DNA of 64,000 nucleotides from an uncultured Chlamydiales bacterium (GTDB lineage Bacteria; Chlamydiota; Chlamydiia; Chlamydiales; Rhabdochlamydiaceae): NCBI GenBank assembly GCA_963700985.1, contig OY969554.1, positions 384,001 to 448,000 of the forward strand, read 5' to 3'. Shown piece by piece: positions 58,222 to 64,000 of this stretch (position 1 is its first letter; each line of letters starts with the position of its first letter). The notes under the pieces were generated by a model. It saw only the letters and a program-made list of their open reading frames with translations, ran no database searches and was not told where the DNA came from. The position numbers and the translations under genes were made by a program.

Positions 58222-61200
58222 TTAGCGAAGGATTTTTAAGAGCTGTTTGAGAGGTTTATCGTCTTTATGTATACGATTCTTTTTTTTATTTGGGATAGAA
58301 GAACTCTCTTTTTTACGCTCTTGTTTGCTGGGTTTATTGCCATCCCAGGGAAAAGGTCGTTTGGCTGGAGGTGTTTTAGCTCCACTGTCGGGCAAGGTGG
58401 CAAGGCGACCAAGCAGCTCTCCAAAAGCTGAACCTGGGAATCCCTTGCCTAGAGAATCGGTAACAGATTTTTGCTGCCAGATAAGTAGGGCAGCGATTTT
58501 AGCTGTGGCACTTTTGGTATTGATTTGCACGTCATTCATTTTGCCCTTCATCGGAATATGCATGACGTAGTCGGGCGGAAGATCTTTAATCGAAAAGGCC
58601 TTATTCAAGCATTGAGCCGTTAATCCGAGCACCATGTCAACGGTCTCATCAAAAAGATTAAGCGTACCCCAAGTGGCAACTTCGAAAGTTTGAGCGACGA
58701 GAATCTCAGTTCTTTCGATGTTTACAATGCCTCCGGCAATACTAAGGTCCATGGGCGCAAACCAGAGCTCAAGCTGTTTATCTTTGGCAAATTCTTTAGA
58801 TTTAAGTAGACCTAGGGTGATCTGAAAAGTTCCTTGATTTTGACATGTGAGCTGTCCAAGCTCGATCTTGGCATGAGATAGTGAAATCTTTTTCCAGTTA
58901 TCCAAGGGCAGAGTAAATCCTTCGGGTTGGATCTCCAGAGTAAGTGGATGGGAGGAAGAGATCGAAGAGATAGAGAGCGGGTTAACCTCTTTTAATAAGG
59001 GACGGGTGAGCTCTTCTGTCATCAAGACCTGCGCGTAGATAGGCTCAGAAAGAGAGAGTACGCCTTCTTTAACCGCGCCCACGATTGAAAAACGACTGTT
59101 AGAAGAACGTAAGTTGAGCTGAATAGGCCCAGAACCTTGCTCGAAACAGACATATGCAGTTGCATCGAGCTTATCTCCAAAAAGAGGTTTTAGCGAGCTT
59201 GTGTCAGTAAGATGTGCAACGAGATCAAAAATTGCAGTAGGAAACTCTTCGATCGTGGCGTTGAGTTCTAGAGAGGGGCAGCTTAACGAAGAGTCCTCTT
59301 GGATGCTGCCTGTGCACGAAAGCTTGCCTTCAGATGTTTTGCCCGTTGTACTTTCTTTGGTAGAAATCAGAGAAGAGAGTTCTACGCTAAACGGTGAGAG
59401 TTTTTCTTTTTTCTCTAATTTTAGATGGAGCTGATCGAGTTTAATAAGCTGACCGCTGCTCTTTTCTTGAAAGGCAAATTTATCAGCCCCTCCTGTTGCA
59501 GCAAGCTGTATTTCACGCCAGTCGAAGTTCTTAGAAAATGGAATGTTCAAGCTTGAGATTGTCAGCGCGAAAATCGTCGGTTGAGAGAGTTCGAAAGCGG
59601 GGGAGGCCTGCTTCTCTTTTGAGAACCATTTTTCAAGCTTGGCAAATCCATCGGCATTCATTGAAAAAAAGATCTCGAATGGCTCTTGGGCTAGCGTAAG
59701 AGTTTTATCTTTTAGAGCAAAGGCTCCGTGTACATTCAGGTTGGCACTTGTGGCTTTAACTTGTACTTTCTCTTTTTGCGCGTCTAAATGCAGATTCAAT
59801 GTGGGGCCAAAAAGAGCGCTTAGAGCTGTACCTTGATGGAGCATCTTATCAAAAAGGGGAATCGAGAGATTGTCGCCATCGATTAGAAGCGTCCAGTTAG
59901 GATTACTTGTCCGAAACTGTTTGCCTGTTAAAGTTGCATGCAGATTTCCTGCACTCAGATTTCCGACAGATAAAGTTATTTTAGAGTCTGCGATTAATTC
60001 TTGCTTTTTGAGATCGAGAGCTGCGTGCGTGGAAATATCTAACAGACCACAGCTTTGATGTTTAACGTCACAAGGAGTAAGACTGGTCTTAATCTGAATG
60101 GAGCGGAGCGTGTCAATTTCTATATTTCCAGTGACTTGATTGAAAGATAAAGAGCCAAACTCTCCAAACTTATCAAAAGCGAGGGTGTCTGCAGAAAAGG
60201 CCGCTTTAAGACTAAGCTGCTCAAAATTGGTATTTAAAGGTACGGAAAGCTCTTGGATTTTAACTTCACAAGAACTTCCAGGTTTTAAAATAAGTGATTC
60301 AGGCAAAACGGCATTAAGAAATGCTTTTGAAGGCGCAAAACGGAGCGTAGTTGGCGCCGATAAGGTAAGGTTATCTTTCCAAATTAGTGTGGTGGGAGTA
60401 AGTGAGAAGGTTGGAGAAGTTGTCTCTACTGTTAAAGTGAGTGTTTTATCTTCGAGTTTAAAACTGCCATGCGCATCTAGACTCTGGCCCAAAAGCGGTG
60501 TAATTTTTGATTTCTGCTTTAGCATTTCTTCGATCAAGATCAGAGAAAGCTTTTCAATCTGCCAAGCTCCTTGTGCTGTAAAGGCGCTTTTTTCACGATT
60601 CACTAAAGGCCCTGTTTTCCCTTGTGCTGAAAGTTGGCTTTCCATGCCATCCACACGCGCAGATAGAGTAAGATCGATATCTAGACCTTGGTCTAATCTA
60701 AGACTGCTCAAATCTAGTCTTAAAGAGTCGAGGTCGATCTGTTGAGTCGTGAGACGTGAAAGGATAGAGCTAGGCGTCGCTTCTAGAATAGCCTGAAAAG
60801 AAAGAGCGGTTAGGTCTAGCTCTTTATCTTTGATGGGCAGAACAAACTGCGGGAAGGTGATCGTAGCTTTTAAGTTCTTTTTTAAATTTAGTCCTTCAAA
60901 GGCTGGCAGGAGTTTTGCAAGCTTAGCTGCAAAATCTGGCGTAAAGGTCATGTTAACGGTGCCAGGTGAGGGCAGGTAAATGACATTATCTTTATAGGCG
61001 GTATTGATCAGCGCCTCGAGCAGTGCAGAGTGTGCGTTTAGTTGAAAGCCAAAACCTTCAGGTGAGAGAGTTCCTTGTAAAGAGAGATCGAGAGAGGGGC
61101 CAATAGCGTTGAGAAGCAGTCCCTGATATTCAGGTTTAAAAAGAGAAATCAGCGCATCGATGCCTCGCATCGGAAAGTTTTTTAGGTCGCTGCTGAGCGT

Positions 61201-61857
61201 CATGCCTAAATTCTGAAGATCGCCTAATTGGCCTAAGATGTGGAAAGTGCCTTGAATCTGTTCTTCTTTAGTTGTGCCAGAGATATCGAATCGCAGGGGA
61301 GCATCTCCAGAAGAAAGATTGGCATCAATTTTAAGATCAGCATATTGCACAAGCGGTGCTTTATCACGCAGGAGCGTGAATTCACCATTTTGAACCTGCA
61401 GGTGAGCAGTTATCGGCAGAAATGCTGGTTTCCAAGAAAAAGAGGGAAGCATTGCAGATTTTTGCAGCGTTGGAGGGGGTGAAAGCGAAGCGGTAAAAGC
61501 TGAGAGCCCTAAAGAAAGAGAGGGATGTGAGAGCTTTAACTCCTTAAAGTTTTTCTGAAAGAGGATTTTAAAAAGTGAAGCGGAAGAAGTTATCTCATCG
61601 CAATTAAAACTATAGCTGCCTGTATTTTCATCGATTTTTATACCCCGCAGCTCTTGTTGGCTAATCCATCCCAAGGAGAGATGTTCAATTGAGATTTTGC
61701 TGTGGAGTTTTTGCTCGAATTTTGAAATCAGGAGTTTTTTGCCAAGCGTCGTAGATAAAAGCGTGGGCGCTAAAGCAAAAGCCCCAAAAAGCAGAATAAA
61801 AAAGAGTGCAAACGCGTAAGTTACTCGATTGCTCTTATTTTTATAATTAGGTTCCAC
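58222..61857 (-). CDS. Large AsmA/TamB-like periplasmic protein
   Basis: N-terminal TM (FILLFGAFALAPTLLST.LGK), 1211-aa repetitive beta-strand body. Confidence 0.6.
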   Translation of the reverse strand: MEPNYKNKSNRVTYAFALFFILLFGAFALAPTLLSTTLGKKLLISKFEQKLHSKISIEHLSLGWISQQELRGIKIDENTGSYSFNCDEITSSASLFKILFQKNFKELKLSHPSLSLGLSAFTASLSPPPTLQKSAMLPSFSWKPAFLPITAHLQVQNGEFTLLRDKAPLVQYADLKIDANLSSGDAPLRFDISGTTKEEQIQGTFHILGQLGDLQNLGMTLSSDLKNFPMRGIDALISLFKPEYQGLLLNAIGPSLDLSLQGTLSPEGFGFQLNAHSALLEALINTAYKDNVIYLPSPGTVNMTFTPDFAAKLAKLLPAFEGLNLKKNLKATITFPQFVLPIKDKELDLTALSFQAILEATPSSILSRLTTQQIDLDSLRLDLSSLRLDQGLDIDLTLSARVDGMESQLSAQGKTGPLVNREKSAFTAQGAWQIEKLSLILIEEMLKQKSKITPLLGQSLDAHGSFKLEDKTLTLTVETTSPTFSLTPTTLIWKDNLTLSAPTTLRFAPSKAFLNAVLPESLILKPGSSCEVKIQELSVPLNTNFEQLSLKAAFSADTLAFDKFGEFGSLSFNQVTGNIEIDTLRSIQIKTSLTPCDVKHQSCGLLDISTHAALDLKKQELIADSKITLSVGNLSAGNLHATLTGKQFRTSNPNWTLLIDGDNLSIPLFDKMLHQGTALSALFGPTLNLHLDAQKEKVQVKATSANLNVHGAFALKDKTLTLAQEPFEIFFSMNADGFAKLEKWFSKEKQASPAFELSQPTIFALTISSLNIPFSKNFDWREIQLAATGGADKFAFQEKSSGQLIKLDQLHLKLEKKEKLSPFSVELSSLISTKESTTGKTSEGKLSCTGSIQEDSSLSCPSLELNATIEEFPTAIFDLVAHLTDTSSLKPLFGDKLDATAYVCFEQGSGPIQLNLRSSNSRFSIVGAVKEGVLSLSEPIYAQVLMTEELTRPLLKEVNPLSISSISSSHPLTLEIQPEGFTLPLDNWKKISLSHAKIELGQLTCQNQGTFQITLGLLKSKEFAKDKQLELWFAPMDLSIAGGIVNIERTEILVAQTFEVATWGTLNLFDETVDMVLGLTAQCLNKAFSIKDLPPDYVMHIPMKGKMNDVQINTKSATAKIAALLIWQQKSVTDSLGKGFPGSAFGELLGRLATLPDSGAKTPPAKRPFPWDGNKPSKQERKKESSSIPNKKKNRIHKDDKPLKQLLKILR

Positions 61858-62416
61858 GTTTTAACCAGCGTTGATAACGGAGTATGCCTGCGATGGTTTT
61901 TATATCACAGATTTCCCCAGTATCAATCATTTCTAAAGCTTGGTCAAGAGAAAGAGTAATCACATCAATGCCTTCGCCATCATCGGCAGGTAAGGAAGAG
62001 GGAATCAGATGACGTGCGATAAAAAAGTGTAGATACTCGCTGCAAAAACCAGGCGCACTATAAAAGCCGCCAAGTGAAATGAGCTCTTGGGCTTTAAAGC
62101 CGATCTCTTCTTGAAGCTCGCGCTGCGCACAGATATCAGGCGGTTCGCCAACCTCTAATGTCCCAGCGGGGATTTCTATTAAGATTTTTTCTGCAGCCCG
62201 TCGCCATTGTTTGATTAAAATGAGATGACCCTTTGAATCGATGGGTAACATGGCCACGGCTCCAGGATGGAGAATGATATCCCACGTTCTAACAGGTCCG
62301 CTGCCGATTTGAAAAGTGTCCACCCGCAGGTTAAAGATATAACCGCGATGCACGATTTTGCTTTCCACTTTTGCGCTCTTTTCTAAAGCTGCCTGTTTTT
62401 CAGAATTCAGTTCCAT
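61847..62416 (-). CDS. NUDIX hydrolase (ADP-ribose pyrophosphatase-like)
   Basis: HPGAV, EIPAGTLE.GE....AQRELQEEIG Nudix box, SAPGF. Confidence 0.9.
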   Translation of the reverse strand: MELNSEKQAALEKSAKVESKIVHRGYIFNLRVDTFQIGSGPVRTWDIILHPGAVAMLPIDSKGHLILIKQWRRAAEKILIEIPAGTLEVGEPPDICAQRELQEEIGFKAQELISLGGFYSAPGFCSEYLHFFIARHLIPSSLPADDGEGIDVITLSLDQALEMIDTGEICDIKTIAGILRYQRWLKRGT

Positions 62417-62500
62417 GTTTCCACCTGATTTTTAAGCGCCAATATCTCATTAAGTATCTCATGAAAAGAGGGCTCTGTCAATGAGCCTATTCCTTAAGAT

Positions 62501-63982
62501 TTAAAGAGAATTTGGTGGAGTAAGTTCGTCAAAGGGGGAGATCGCATAGACGACGATCTCGCTCGCACGGCCATGCAGAGGAATTGGACCCAAACGTTTG
62601 GATTTAAATAGATTAGGAGGAAGGGCATTAAAGGTTTCTTCACTGATCAAAATAGAAGTTTTTAAAGCTTTGGTTGCAAATTCTAGCCGTGACGCTACGT
62701 TTACAGTGTCTCCAATGGCAGTATATTCTGTGCGGATTACCGAACCGATGTTGCCCACCACAGCATAGCCGGTGTGAATTCCAATACCCATTTCGATGCG
62801 TGGACGCCCCTCTTTTTCCCATCGATCACATAGCTTAACCATCTCTTTTTGCATTTCTAATGCGGCGGATACAGCATTGATCTCTTGTCGCGGATCTTCT
62901 AAGGGCGCGCCGAATTCGACCATCATGCCGTCGCCTAAAAACTTGTCTAGCGTGCCATTATTACGAAAGACCGCTTCGATCATCTTCTCGAAGTATTCAT
63001 TTAAGATGCCCACAACCTGCTCGGGCGGCAGTTGTTCGGATAGTGTTGTAAATTGGCGAATATCGGAAAAAAGCACGGTAATTTTTCTTCGTTCGCCTTG
63101 GAGTTTTAAGTAAGATTCAGATTGCAAAAGTTTTTCAAGAGCATGTTGTGAGACGTAACGTGCAAAACCCGTTTTAAGCCTTTCACGTTCTTCAAGCCCA
63201 CGTGACATGTCATTGATTGCCAGAGCAAGTTCATTAAATTCATCATGCGTCTTTAATGTCACACGTGCGCCTAAATTGCCTCCTTCGATCTGCTTAACGC
63301 AATCATACAGCGCATGCAGAGGACGCGTGATTCCACGCGCCAAAAGGTAACCTAAGGTAATCGATACAGAAGAAGAGATGCAAAGCGCCGTAATTCCGAA
63401 CATGAGCAGCTTATGCAGTAAGACAATGATGTCGTGCGCTTGAATATCCGCCTCAACACCGCCTACGATATGACCTTTACTATCCAGGATGGGCGCGCTG
63501 GCCATAAGCCAATCGCCTTCCGGATCACGAATAAACTCTTTAGGAGCAAAATAGGATCGAAAATGGTGCAAGAGATTGTAACTTGGGGCTTCGAGGTAGA
63601 CATCGCCTGGGTAGGAGTAGTCTTTCCCGCCCTCTTCCGTATCTACTCCGTATAAGAATTGTTCTGGATCTTTTTCAGATTGCCAAAAGGTATAGAGCCA
63701 TTTTACATAGACATCGCTCCGGCGGTTTGCATCGCGCGCTTTCTGCAGTTGCTCTCGCAACATGGCATACTCAGGAAGATTTACATCTTCTTTTTTGCGA
63801 ATTTTAGCTACCGCGTCGCCATCCAAAAGCGCAGCCGTAGTGGCTGCAATGGACAAGACCTTACTGCTATACTCGTTAATGAATTGTTCCTTTGTCTCTT
63901 TATAAACAACACCCAAAGCCAAAAGAATGCTGATAAAAGAGATGCTCAGAAGGGCGAGATAAAGTTTGGTACGATAGCGCAT
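62501..63982 (-). CDS. Membrane class III adenylate cyclase with periplasmic sensor and HAMP domain
   Basis: 2 TMs, HAMP (PL..L...DEF.EL...N.M), FSDIRQFT, DKFLGDG, GIGIHTG, EYTAIGDTVNVASRLE. Confidence 0.92.
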   Translation of the reverse strand: MRYRTKLYLALLSISFISILLALGVVYKETKEQFINEYSSKVLSIAATTAALLDGDAVAKIRKKEDVNLPEYAMLREQLQKARDANRRSDVYVKWLYTFWQSEKDPEQFLYGVDTEEGGKDYSYPGDVYLEAPSYNLLHHFRSYFAPKEFIRDPEGDWLMASAPILDSKGHIVGGVEADIQAHDIIVLLHKLLMFGITALCISSSVSITLGYLLARGITRPLHALYDCVKQIEGGNLGARVTLKTHDEFNELALAINDMSRGLEERERLKTGFARYVSQHALEKLLQSESYLKLQGERRKITVLFSDIRQFTTLSEQLPPEQVVGILNEYFEKMIEAVFRNNGTLDKFLGDGMMVEFGAPLEDPRQEINAVSAALEMQKEMVKLCDRWEKEGRPRIEMGIGIHTGYAVVGNIGSVIRTEYTAIGDTVNVASRLEFATKALKTSILISEETFNALPPNLFKSKRLGPIPLHGRASEIVVYAISPFDELTPPNSL

Positions 63983-64000
63983 GGTCTAGGAGTACTCCTA

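Noticed and set aside
60140-60745. 201-aa plus-strand ORF
   Set aside because: Antisense shadow of the 1211-aa gene with no recognisable motifs; the same applies to the other short nested ORFs in the track
1-64000. CRISPR array, tRNA or rRNA genes
   Set aside because: No regularly spaced repeats or recognisable cloverleaf/rRNA sequence seen by eye; tRNAscan/Infernal would be needed to exclude small RNAs

Overview
Chromosomal window from an environmental Chlamydiota (inferred from gatB-gatA-gatC ... rnhC-rodZ synteny, Pkn1, a Legionella-MOMP-like porin and many eukaryote-like effector candidates). The housekeeping backbone is xerD, gatCAB, recN, rnhC, ispH, oppABCDF, rimO, an rlmI-like gene, fbaB, ltaE, an RNB nuclease, a NUDIX hydrolase and a HAMP adenylate cyclase. 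Lineage-specific genes interrupt it. Most notable: (1) a candidate polymorphic toxin system, made of a signal peptide-TPR carrier with a compact C-terminal toxin tip, an abutting immunity gene, and a second broken orphan immunity homolog that the ORF track misses (6435-9265); (2) three proteins from two unrelated families that all end in the eukaryotic geranylgeranylation motif CVIL; (3) host-ubiquitin mimics: a frameshifted F-box/WD40 protein, an F-box-like/LRR/CaaX protein and a RING+2TM MARCH-like protein; (4) two RelE/HigB-type TA loci, both with damaged toxins and intact antitoxins; (5) a 165-bp TAA-flanked MITE and other large palindromes. I recognised no rRNA, tRNA or CRISPR array. All family calls come from motif recognition by eye; no database searches were run.
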